Source: Trichodelitschia bisporula (lineage: Eukaryota). From it: a stretch of DNA of 64,000 nucleotides. Positions 1-10,531 of this stretch are shown piece by piece. The notes beneath the pieces were generated by a model that ran no database searches, was not told the DNA's origin, and was given only the letters and a program-made list of their open reading frames with translations. The first letter of the stretch is position 1; each line of letters starts with the position of its first letter. The position numbers were made by a program, and so were the translations under genes. Location: NCBI GenBank assembly GCA_010356995.1, contig ML996712.1, positions 1-64,000 of the forward strand. Direction: 5' to 3'.

Positions 1-110
1 TGACATGGACGAGATGCGATGATTGCTGACCGTGACCTGTTTGCGGATGTAGCAAGTAAGTATCACCCTTCTGACCTTTGTCAAATTGTGACTAAATATG
101 CAACCAAAAG

Positions 111-1715
111 CCCTGGACACCCCAGGTGGACGGTAGCTTTGCTACCGAATTCTTCAATGCTATCCAGTCTTCTCATACACAGCCCGAGAATTCTTTGTAC
201 TTTCCATTACTGCGTCAATGGCTCAAAAAATGTGACGAAAATCACAAATGTCACTCAAAGAAACATTTCTGGCCGACAAGGGTCATATTTGTCGGTCCTT
301 CGGATTCCACGGAGTTGGAGCTGTGGGAGACGGAAGAAAAAAAGAGCGTTCTGTCAAATGCAGATGGCTATATTGCGCTTTCTCACTGCTGGGGTCGCCT
401 GACGGACGAAGAGAAGAGGAAAATTTGCACCACCGCCGAAAATTTCGAAACTCGAAAGGGAGGATTCCCTCTGAGCGACTTGCCGAAGACATTTCAAGAC
501 GCTGTTGAAGTCACACGCCAACTCGGGAAGAAATACCTTTGGATTGACGCTCTCTGCATAAAACAACAGATTCCAAACGAGGGCAACCCAGACTTCGAAA
601 TTGAAGCTCCGCTCATGGGACAGATCTTCGGTTCAGCTTTCTGTACCCTTGCCGCCAGCTCAGCTGTGGATTGGAAGCAAGGCTTTCTTGCGCCGCGTCC
701 TACAAGTTATGACGCAGACGGAACACCTTTTCAAACACCCCAATATGTTTGTCATAGCCAAGTCTCTCAAAACTTCGAAGAGGATGTGGATGCCGCCCCA
801 CTCAATAAAAGAGCCTGGGTACTGCAAGAAAGAGTTCTGTCTCGCCGAACTCTTCATTTCACTGAAAGCTATACGTACTTTGAGTGTGGCGACGGTGTAC
901 GCTGCGAAAACCTTATTAGACTCAAAGGGTAAGGCTCGATTTGGTTATCCTTGGTGTTTTTGTTCGCTCTAACTTGACTGATTTATTGTAGTCGCGAGAT
1001 CAAGGAATACTTTCTTCTTGACCCAAGATTTCCGGAACGTCTCTATTCTTCGGGCTACATGCGCTCTCTTGACTTCATTCAGCACCTTTTTGAGAAATAT
1101 GCACAGTATCAACTCACCAATGAATCAGACCGGAACATTGCGATTTTGAGCTTGATGAAGCGAATGAGCGATGTCTTCCGCACTGGACACCGATACGGCA
1201 TCTTCGAATACTTCCGATTTCGACTTCTTCTTTGGCGACCTGGCCCCCAAAGCAATGACGGGAAAAATGTTGTGGACACCCAAAAGTTGCCATCGTGGTC
1301 CTGGATGAGATATTCCCAAATTCTTTTCTTCGAAACATGGTCTCTGTCTCTCGAAGTTCCAAGGAATGGAGCCTTTGAATTTTCTTATGAGCAGCAATGT
1401 GTATTGTCCATCCGAGTTAGGCAACTCAAAGACTACACAATGAAACAACAAGGAAGCGAAAATTTCATTCTGGATGCGAAGTCTGAGCATGTTGGGGTTT
1501 TGTGGTTCGATACCATGACCGATGCTAGTATTCCTATCCAAAAATGTGTCATTGTTGGGAGGGAGAGCAGTGGTGAGAGCCAAGATTCTGAGAAGACTTG
1601 CTACATTTTGCTTGTGGGAGACATGACCTCGGAGAAATCATACAAAAGGGTTGGAGTCGGGAAGATCAAGGCACGCTGTATATCCAAACGGTACTGGGAC
1701 GGAGAACTTTGTTGA
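111..1715 (+). CDS. HET-domain (heterokaryon incompatibility, TOL-like) protein; 5' part probably upstream of the window; intron 929-991
   Basis: Motifs YIALSHCWG, LPKTFQDAVEVTRQLGKKYLWIDALCIKQ, MGQIFGSAFCTLAAS, PLNKRAWVLQERVLSRRTLHF and a C-terminal LPSWSW. Removing intron GTAAGG...TAG 929-991 joins ORF 126-932 to ORF 1059-1715 in frame (LKG-REIKEYFLLDPRFPERL). Confidence 0.92.
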
Positions 1716-1816
1716 ACACCACTGTTGCTGCCACAGTTGGCTTTCATTGCTATTCGCGCTCTCCTCTAGTTTTTCCTCTGTTTCCTATGGCTTGATGTTA
1801 TTTCCTAGGTATTTCC

Positions 1817-2024
1817 TGTTAATATGAAGTGTGAACATGTGTCAGACTGAGCAATGAGGGTATATGTTGGAAAGCGGTGGCTGTGTTCAGCCTTACCCAG
1901 TTTCAGCCACAGGGCTCGAGTATAAATAGACTCGGCTCCCCACCTCTTTAACAATTAAGTAACTTGTTCATGGACAGACCTTCGGTCTAACTTGTGATGC
2001 TGTGATATTTCCATCGATCACACA
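1817..2024 (-). mobile_element. Candidate solo LTR relic related to the copia LTRs
   Basis: Starts TGTTAATATGAAGTGTGAAC, a 19/20 match to the reverse complement of the 3' end of the 141-bp LTR. TG...CA ends are flanked by TTTCC/TCTCC (4/5). The right boundary is uncertain (AACA at 1953 is an alternative). Confidence 0.4.
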
Positions 2025-2189
2025 TCTCCTTTTATTAGGCGTTGAGCTTTGACACAGGGGCCCATACCTAAGAGGAGTGTGGAGCTGCATACAAGGCTGC
2101 TTACTTGCGGAGAGAGAGCCCACGCAACAACACTACAAATACCACTCGTACTCCCTGTCGACCACCATATCGGCATCACGCCCCGGAGG

Positions 2190-2470
2190 TAAACCGTACC
2201 ACGGGAACCATCACAACAACCCATATAACGCGACGAGCATATGTGTGCTTCCTAACGCTTCTGTTGTTTCTATATACCACGTAGAACCCCCTGAAGCATC
2301 ACAACAATCCATACAACGCGTCGAGCACATATGTGCTTCCTCACGCTTTTCTATATACCATACAGAACCCCGGAGAACCACCACAGCAACCCATATAACA
2401 CGTTACACACATGTTAGCATTCCTAACACTTCAATTGTTTGTCTATACCCCACGGCATGGACCCTGAGGG
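2190..2470. repeat. Degenerate tandem repeat, about 3 copies of 82-88 bp
   Basis: Anchor CACARCAAYCCATAYAAC at 2212, 2300 and 2382, each followed by TTCCTMAC and TCTATA motifs. Confidence 0.75.
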
Positions 2471-2774
2471 ACTAGGAACCAGCCTGGATTGCTTTAAAAG
2501 CCGGCTGCTGTTGTGTGTAAGCCAACTCCTTTGCAATACACGTTTCGACAAAGCTTTCCACCAAACTGCTTCATCAAAGCATTCGACCAAGCTGCTTCAT
2601 CAAAGCTTTCTTGCAAACTATTTCATTTATCAGTTCCCATATTAAGTAAGTGTCATCCATATCTTTTGGCAAGGCTGGCGTCTCTCTGGTATACTTTGGA
2701 GAGAGATCGAGTCTTATATACAGCTTCAAAGCTTCGCGAGTACAGAGAGCTGACATCATTACAGCTCAGCCAAT

Positions 2775-3890
2775 ATGACTCCAATAGAGCTTTTCCAAGC
2801 CGCCAATGAGCTATTCGTCGCGTCTCTGACGGAAGCCAGCGACCGGGTCTTGCACAAGCTGGATGGCCCCAAGGGCAGCATCAAGACTCAGCTCGATGAG
2901 CTTGTAGCGAGCCTGCGGGAACGGTATCCCGAGAAGGGCATGGCTTCCAATGGCGAGCCTGAAAGCACTGGCATCCAGTCTAACACGCCTCCCTCTACTG
3001 AGATCAACGAGGAGATCGCCACGACGTCGACTTCCGAAGACACCCTCCCATCTCTCGCCCCAGAAACCGCGTCCTCCGAGGCGCACCTCATCATAGTCAC
3101 TTCGGCCCAGCCGACACTCCAGCATGCCACGACGCGCCCGGCTCCTGTTCCGCAGGTTGTCACAACCTCTGCCTCCACTGAGGATCAGGGCGATGAGACA
3201 TTTCCGGAAATCTCGACCACCGTGAGCACTGGCCCCCCGACGGCTCAGAACAACACCTCCTCCACAAAGCCTCCCAAGGCCAAGAGCACCCTTCCCTTGG
3301 GCACCGCGTCGCCGCTTCGAAACTCGCTTCGAAAGCTCCGCGCTGTAAACGAGCGCCACAACACACGCATCGAGCGGACCTTGAGCGCTGCCAAGAACCC
3401 AGCCCAGGCGGGAATCAAGCGTCACGACGCTGAGGCTTTAGCTCCCGGAGGTTTCACAAAGCCGCGCCTTAATTTCAGCACCGAGCAGCCGGGATCCCAC
3501 ACCCGGGACAAGACGCCATCCCCGAGCCGTGCATCGAAGAGCCCGGAGCCTAAGAGCGCGGGCAAAAAGCCGCTGTGGCTCCCTCCGGGCCGCGCCACAA
3601 CTCCGGAGTCCAACACAGTCCGCAAGAACACAAAGACCGACGGCATCAACCGGAAGCCATTGGCCCATCTCTCCGGCAACACGAAGCCGATCGGGCGTGC
3701 TACAACTCCCTCCAAGGTCACTACCGCTGTCGAGCCGCAGTCCCCGGCTGATGTGCTCAAGACCCAGCGCGAGGCGCTGAGGAAGCTGCTTGACCAGGCT
3801 CCCCCGAAGAAGGCGCGTGCGTCGGTCCCGGTTGCGGTGCCGGCTCCCGTGCATCCTCGTGTGAAGGTGCTCAGGAAGGAGGAGCAGTGA
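2775..3890 (+). CDS. Hypothetical 371-aa protein: short helical N-terminus, Ser/Thr/Pro-rich acidic middle, basic C-terminus
   Basis: Intronless ATG-to-TGA ORF with C/G-rich third codon positions and a TATA-like CTTATATA near 2713. No domain recognised. Confidence 0.55.
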   Translation: MTPIELFQAANELFVASLTEASDRVLHKLDGPKGSIKTQLDELVASLRERYPEKGMASNGEPESTGIQSNTPPSTEINEEIATTSTSEDTLPSLAPETASSEAHLIIVTSAQPTLQHATTRPAPVPQVVTTSASTEDQGDETFPEISTTVSTGPPTAQNNTSSTKPPKAKSTLPLGTASPLRNSLRKLRAVNERHNTRIERTLSAAKNPAQAGIKRHDAEALAPGGFTKPRLNFSTEQPGSHTRDKTPSPSRASKSPEPKSAGKKPLWLPPGRATTPESNTVRKNTKTDGINRKPLAHLSGNTKPIGRATTPSKVTTAVEPQSPADVLKTQREALRKLLDQAPPKKARASVPVAVPAPVHPRVKVLRKEEQ

Positions 3891-4424
3891 GCGCCGGGTT
3901 TTAGGGGCTTAGTTCTTCTATATGGTAGCATGATAACAGTACGGAGTGGATTTAGAGACGGATGGAGCGAGGAGTTTGTTGTGGAGGCTTTACAGGTTTT
4001 GACACTGGGTACAGGTGTTTTCTCAATTTGTACGATAATTGCCACCAAAGCTAGCATGCGATAATCACCTCGACTGCCTTATGTATTGCTTGTGACGTTT
4101 CGAGTGACCCACCTTCACGCAGTGCAAATATTGAAGTGTTGTATCGCCCACTTTCCCCATTCGGTGCCCCGCTTGGCACGTGTCTCGTCTCGAGGCTGAC
4201 CGCCTCAGGCTCCTTCCCACAAAAGGACGGTGCGGCCCGGCCCGCAAGCCGTCCGGGCGGGGCGGCCATGTTCTTGTGGGTTAGGGTCAGAATTACTACA
4301 GTCTCAGGCCTCATAAATAAGGGATCCAATGACCCACCCCGAAAAGTGTAGAACTCGTCCCCCACCGCTTTTAGCGAGGCTGATTTAAGGCAGGGCTCAC
4401 AGCACGTGCATGACAACATGGTGT

Positions 4425-4564
4425 TGTTGGAAGGTACCAAAAGAGACTTGTGTGAGAAAGGATTGACTTGATTGATTTTCTAGCAACGAGAGAGACTGTG
4501 TTTGTATATCCAAGTGATTGTCCTCTGTAATCTCCCAGCCTGTTCCATTTTGCCACTTATTACA
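4425..4564 (-). mobile_element. Candidate solo LTR (140 bp)
   Basis: TGT...ACA ends and LTR-like size. Shares TTGTGTGAGAAARGATTGA and a GTATA(TA)TCC motif with the 10993-11186 element. No target-site duplication seen. Confidence 0.4.
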
Positions 4565-4599
4565 AATTGTGAGTCACAGTCGGCTTCTGCTTGCCGACG

Positions 4600-5236
4600 C
4601 CACTGTTGATCGCGCAATGATGTGGCGAGGTTGTCGTATGCCACCGCCATCACGACCGCTCAAAGGCATTGGAGGAAAGTTCCTTCAGCCCCAAGGAATC
4701 GGCATGATGAGACTCAACTGCAACACCCACGGAAGGAAGGTGCAACTCTTCTTGGAGGATGCGCTCTTCTGCCCCGACATGGGCGCCAACCTCATCTCCG
4801 CGTCGCAAATCCTGCGCGGTGGCTCCAAACCCACCATGACTTGGACGAAAGTCGAGTTCCTCGGGCCGCCACCACTCACCGTAAGCCAGGAATGCGGACT
4901 CTTCCTCCTCGACCTGTGGGAAGAACCGGTCAAGCAAGCGCTCCTCTCTCGCAAGGACGGTTTTCGCGCACCCAGAAATACACCCATTCCGGCGCAGCCG
5001 TCCGCTGTGTCTCGACCTCGAGCAAGCCCGACCTATAGGCTCTCTGATCCGAACATGCTCCTCTGGCACGACCGGATGGGGCACCTCTGCGAGCAGAACT
5101 TCGCAAGCTCGCGCAAATGTCCCACGGCATGCTTCCAGTCAAGGAAGGTTGCCTCTACGAGCCATGTGTGCTTGGCCGGATGAGGGAAGTACCGCACAAG
5201 ACGTCCATGGAGCGAGGGAAGTACCCTCTGGAGTTC
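4600..5236 (+). pseudogene. Fragment of a second Ty1/copia pol (post-protease, GAG-pre-integrase, start of integrase) truncated by an LTR
   Basis: LKGIGGKFLQPQGIG...LEDALFCPDMGANLISASQI aligns with INGVGGSRLRTAGSG...LEKVLYCPELGANLVSISRL of the main element. LWHDRMGHL is present. After a frameshift, CVLGRMREVPHKTSMERGKYPLEF ends exactly at the LTR start. Confidence 0.85.
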
Positions 5237-5377
5237 TGTTGAATTTGTGGCGGCAACCTGGGGTGGCTGGAGTGGAGCCAGGAGACAGGGGACGTCTCCT
5301 CACTAGGTATATAGTCAGCTCACTTCCTACTGCTAGTCAGTCAAGCAACTCAGTCAAGTTCACACTTCATTTTAACA
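5237..5377 (+). repeat. 5' LTR (141 bp)
   Basis: TGTTGAATTT...CATTTTAACA; 127/141 identical to 10391-10531 by hand alignment; contains TATATA. Confidence 0.95.
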
Positions 5378-5389
5378 GGTTATGAGCCC
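5378..5389 (+). promoter_or_regulatory. Primer-binding site complementary to the anticodon arm of initiator tRNA-Met (half-tRNA priming)
   Basis: GGTTATGAGCCC immediately follows the 5' LTR. Its reverse complement GGGCTCATAACC contains the CAT anticodon loop, as in Ty5 and Drosophila copia. Confidence 0.9.
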
Positions 5390-5528
5390 GGGATTGCGCA
5401 ACAATGGCTAAGTGTCCACCCAAATTCTATGAAACTTGACAAGCTTGGATTCTCTGACCATATTGGTTCAAGGCAACTTAGGTCTAACCGCCTTCCACTG
5501 CGCGCCTTGAATTACGCAGAACAATCCA

Positions 5529-5768
5529 AAAATCCAGCTCTGGGCAGCACTCAGCCTAGAGACCCAGCTTGGGCAGCACCAAGCCTGGAGACCCAGCTTG
5601 GACAGCGCCCAATCTGAAAACTCGGCTTGGGCAGCACCCAGCCTGGAAACCCAGCTTGGGCAGCACCCAGCCTGAAAACTCGGCTCGGGCAGTGCTCAGC
5701 TTGGAAACTCTCCGGCTTGGGCAGCAGCGCTCAGCTGGAAAATCAGGTTCGGACGGCGCTCACTTGAG
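5529..5768 (+). repeat. 29-bp minisatellite (about 8 copies) in the retrotransposon leader
   Basis: Consensus GCTTGGGCAGCACCCAGCCTGGAAACCCA. GGRCAG anchors at 5542, 5571, 5600, 5629, 5658 and 5687, then 5719 and a degenerate copy at 5751. Confidence 0.9.
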
Positions 5769-6069
5769 GCAGTCTTTGCCTATACATGAAGACCCGGAAG
5801 ACGTCAATTGTTCATCAGTTTTCTCTCCGCAGGCTTCAGGACCACATAAAAAAAACTGGATGTGGATGTTCGCCATCTCTCATCTGTCCGTGCGAGTCAT
5901 ACAGGACTCGAAGTCAGATCCCCACCTCGATTTGCCCCTTGCCTCTCTACTCCACTTCCCTCACCGGAGGTAACTCCTTCAAGCCGAACCCTTCTTCCTC
6001 CTCCATCAATTCGCTTCACCTTTCTTCGCGCTTGCCTCACCGACGCTCCGCACCCTCAACCCTGTCACC

Positions 6070-9000
6070 ATGACTACGGGATCGCGCGGCAGTATGACTG
6101 TCAGCTTTGACAACGTCAAGCTGCTCGAGCATCCGGACGACTGGATTCAGTGGGAGAAAGAGATGAGGCAGACGCCCAAAGCTGCTTGATACAACGATCT
6201 CCTCTCCCGAAACCGGACAGCGCCCACAATCGAAGACGAAGAAACGGCCAAAGACTTCCGAGACCTCTTGACAACCTTGAAGGACAAGCAAGAGCAGGCC
6301 GTTGACATCGTTGAAAAGCGCGGTGGGCCAGATGCGGAGAAGCACATCGCATCCCTCTCTCAGTCCGACGACACCTTCCCCACGGTCGAAGACGTCTTCG
6401 CCACTCTTGAGCAGCACTACAAGCCCAGCGGGAGCGCCTACTTCAGGAACCTTGATCGCAAATATCAGGAACTGAGGCTGGCCGATTGCAAAGACGTCAC
6501 CGATTTCGCGCAGCGGCTCGGTCACGCATACCACGAGCTCGTTGCCCTTGATGCTTCCGTCAAACTGAGCGAGCACTTCCTTGTCAACAAGTTCCTCAAC
6601 GGCCTCGGCGAAGATTACGACAACTTCATCACAGCTTTCGAGCAGAACAACTGCCTTCTCCCGCTGCGAAACGCGGAGAAAGCCATCACCACGGCAGCAG
6701 TGTCCTTCAGTACTGTCCGCAAGGCCGTTCAAGAAGAGGAGCACAAGAAGAAAGTGAGAAGGGAAGTCTCCACAGCATTTCTGTCCAGAGCGAAGCCTCC
6801 AAAATCATCCATTCGAAGGAAGGAGTGCACCGATTGTGGGCGCTCAGGCTACACGACGGAAGAATGCTGGGAGACATACCCTGAGCTCAGGAAGGCGCAC
6901 GACATCAGGAGGAAAAGGAAGAAGGGAAAAGAGGCGGAGAGAAGAACGGACAAGAGGGCAAGATTTGAGGGTGGGGACGAAGGCGAGGAAGATGGAGGAA
7001 AGTCGGTGATGCTGGCACGCCACCAAGACCATTGTCACGGATCGGGCTTCCTCGCCGTTGACGACAAGAACGCCGATGATGATGTGTTTACAAGCGCTGT
7101 TACCGAGCGGACGGCGATTGGGTGTTCTTGGGTGCTTGGCTCAGGCGCCTCGACACACATGACCTGCCGCTTGGACGACTTCGTGGATGACTACGAAGCA
7201 TTCCCACCAGGGAGCGTGCAGACAATCAACGGCGTCGGCGGTTCGCGTCTGAGAACGGCGGGGAGCGGAACCGTGCGGGTGCAGTGCAGACACGAGGGGA
7301 GAATGGTGGGGTTGCGCCTTGAAAAAGTTCTGTATTGTCCAGAGCTTGGGGCCAACCTGGTTTCCATCTCCCGGTTGCTGCAGTCTGGGGCCCAAGTTGA
7401 TTTGCGAGTCGGCGGGGCCACAGTCACGGCTAGAAGCACTGTCGTCACGGCAGTAGCTCGCCAAGGGCTGTAGATGCTCGACTTGTGACGCCAGGAGTGG
7501 CCCGCCGCTGCCTTTGAGGCCTATTCCATTGAGGATACGCGCTTCCAACTTTGGCACAGCAGGATAGGCCACCCTGGAGAGCAAACGCTCAAAAAGACGA
7601 TGGAATCCACGACCGGCATGAGGCCGATTCCAGAGGACTGCATCTGCGACGCCTGCGTTCGGGGAAGAATGAGAGGGGGAGCGCACAGGCGGGCGATAAA
7701 ACGCGCCACAAACCCCCTCGAGCTCATCCACACCGACATATGCGGTCAGTTTTCTGTCACGAGAGTGGGAGGTGCAGCGTACTGGGTCACCTTCATTGAC
7801 GACTTCACCTAGATTGCCGAAGCCTACCCGATTGCGAGCAAGAGCGAATTCTTCACCTGCTTCAAGAGATTTCTCCTCAAGTGGGAGACAACCGAGAGAC
7901 GCTGCCTCAGGGTGAGGCTAGACTGGGGAGGAGAGAACCGGATCCAGGAATTCCACGACTTACTGTGCCGACCACGGAATAGTGGTCGAGCCGACTGCCC
8001 GAGAGCAGCACGAACAAAACGGAGTTGCGGAAGTCTTCAACCGCATTCTCCTTGAAAAACTCCGACCGACGCTCGGGTGTGACTGCTACGTTGGCGAGGA
8101 CGCAGCGCCACGAGCAGAAAATTGGATCCGACCTGACCGAGTGGTGCAAGCTCGTTGGTTTTGACGGACCGAGGAACTACAGACTTTTGAACGCGAATGG
8201 CAACCTCATTCGGTCAACAGATATCATCTTCAAAGAACCTCAACCGCATATTCCAGAGCTGCCATGGAGCCAAGAGCTGAGAAGTCTGCATCACCTCTTA
8301 GGGGAACCGAGCAGCGTCCGGAGCACAGCACACCTGTCCAAGTCGACGCGCCCCGGAGTGGTTCGAATGCCGACACCCCAGGAGACGCCTCAAAGGATCT
8401 TTCAGAGCAGACCGACTCGCAATCCGATGGCTATCAGTCAGAGGCCGGAAGCAGCTCTACCTTGTCAAACATTAACTTGCAGTCAACAGACTTGGCAGAC
8501 GAGGAAACAACCGAGCCACGCACAGAACCCCGATTCCCGGTGCGTGAGAACAGGGGGCGTCAGCGTGGTGCTGGATACCTCAGAAAATACGCCTTCCTTG
8601 TTGCGTTGATTGGTGCCGCCTCCCACAGTTCCGAGCCGTTCGAGCCACGGGATTTCCAGCAAGCAAATCCAGCAAGCAAAGGCCGATGATGTCCACTGGC
8701 CCAGATGGCTGAACGGCATGAAGTCGGAAGGCAAATCGCTCCAAGACAACCGAACCTGGACCCTTGTCGACCTGCCACCGGGGAAGAAGATCCTCCGTGG
8801 AAAGTGGGTGTACAAGCTGAAGAGGGGGCCAGGTGGAGAAGTGTTGCGATGGAAAGCGCGCTGGGTGGTACGTGGTTTCGAACAGCGAGAAGGCACCGAC
8901 TACAACGAAGCATTTGCCTCTGTCGTCAAGCCGATGAGCTACAAGATCATTTTCGCCATCGCCGCAGCCTTGGACTTGCAGATCCACTAAATGGACGTCA

Positions 9001-10211
9001 AAACGGCCTTCCTGTACGGCGACATCGACGAAGAGATCTATGTGGAGCAGCCGCATGGCCTCGAGGACGGAACAGATCGCGTCTGCTCGCTGAACAAAGC
9101 GCTGTACGGCCTGAAGCAGTCCCCACGAATCTGGTATAACACACTGTCGGCCTTCCTGGCAGAGCTGGACTTCCAACCTCTCTCGTCCGACATGGGTGTG
9201 TTTTCAAAGGGAAACACGTACATCGCCGTGTATGTTGACGACCTCCTCATCGCCGGACCTTCGGAGAACGAGGTGCAACAGGTCAAGGATGCCCTCAAAG
9301 CACGCTTCGAAGTGGTGGACCTGGGGCCCTGTGCGTTCTATCTCGGCACCTCAATCCGGCGAGACCGCCGGAACAGGGCCATTTCCCTCGGTCAGCGTGC
9401 CTACATTGAAAAGGTCCTTCGCGACTTTAACATGCTGGACGGGAAGCCGACAGTCACTCCCATGGCAACCGACAAGATCGTTTCAGCACCCGATGACTTC
9501 CAGGGCCCTCAGAGCCTCAAGACCTGGCATGCCAAAGCGATCGGTTGCCTCATGTACGCTATGCTCGGTACCAGACCCGACATCGCATACGCTGTTTCCG
9601 TCTGTAGTCGCCTCCGCGCGAACCCTGGACCCCAGCACAAAACGGCGGTCAAGAGGATCTTTCGCTACCTTCGGGGCACCATGGACATGGAACTTGTGTA
9701 CCGCGGATCGCTGGAAGCTCTGGCTGGTTACACCGACTCTGACTGGGCTGGGGATTCATCCACGAGGCGATCAACGGCCGGATACATCTTCAACCTCGGC
9801 AGTGGAGCAGTGAGCTGGTCATCGAAGCGCCAGAGTGTTGTTGCGTTGTCATCATGCGAAGCGGAATACATGGGGCAGACGCAAGCAACCAAGGAAGCTG
9901 TCTGGTTGCGCAACCTGCTCAAGGAGCTTCTCAAACACGACGAGCCAGCAGCTACTGTCATCTGCGGAGACAACCAAGGCGCCATCTCGCTGGCAAAGAA
10001 CCCCCAATTTCACGCCAGATCGAAGCACATCGCCATTCAGCACCACTTTGTACGCGAAAAGCAGGCAGAGGGGGTCATCGATATGCGGTACATCTCGACG
10101 AAGGAGCACATCGCTGACGGACTCACCAAGGCCTTGCCAAAGGATCCCTTTCTGGCTTTCAGGAAAGCATTGGGGCTGGAGTGTCGCTTCGGACGGGAAA
10201 GCAATGGGTAA
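6070..10211 (+). pseudogene. Copia gag-pol polyprotein, inactivated
   Basis: Gag starts MTTGSRGSMTVSFDNVKLL, with a degenerate Zn knuckle CTDCGRSGYTTEECW. Protease WVLGSGASTHM lacks the catalytic Asp. Integrase HSRIGH...CDAC...LELIHTDICG; RT KARWVVRGF, MDVKTAFLYG, YVDDLL; RNase H YTDSDWAG, DNQGA, KHI, ADGLTK. Stops at 6187, 7471, about 7486, 7810 and 8988, plus frameshifts and an internal integrase deletion near 8074. Confidence 0.95.
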
Positions 10212-10390
10212 AGGCTTCTGGCACTCTTTTCCCTCGTTTTTCCCATGGGGCTTTTGAGGGTTTAATGAGGCCAGACACTGCCAACCCCTTCTTGTTTTTG
10301 TCTCTCTTGGAGTTTATTCCATCCCGGGACATGGGAGGCAGTGGGAGCTCACGGTTAGTGCACTTCTATCCACCTCAGTTTGAGTGGAAG

Positions 10391-10531
10391 TGTTGAATTT
10401 ATGGCGGCAACCTGGGGTGGCTGGAGTAGAGCCAGGAGACGGGGGTTGTCTCCTGGCGAGGTATATAGTCAGCTCACTTCCCACTGCTAGTCGATCAAGC
10501 GACTCAATCACGTTCACACTTCATTTTAACA
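10391..10531 (+). repeat. 3' LTR (141 bp)
   Basis: TGTTGAATTT...CATTTTAACA; contains the perfect 10-bp inverted repeat GCCAGGAGAC-N7-GTCTCCTGGC. Confidence 0.95.

Larger units (their letters stand above)
5237..10531 (+). mobile_element. Ty1/copia LTR retrotransposon, decayed (LTR-PBS-gag-PR-IN-RT-RH-PPT-LTR)
   Basis: Two 141-bp TGTT...AACA LTRs, a PBS, copia domain order, and a purine-rich GAGTGGAAG tract before the 3' LTR. Confidence 0.97.
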
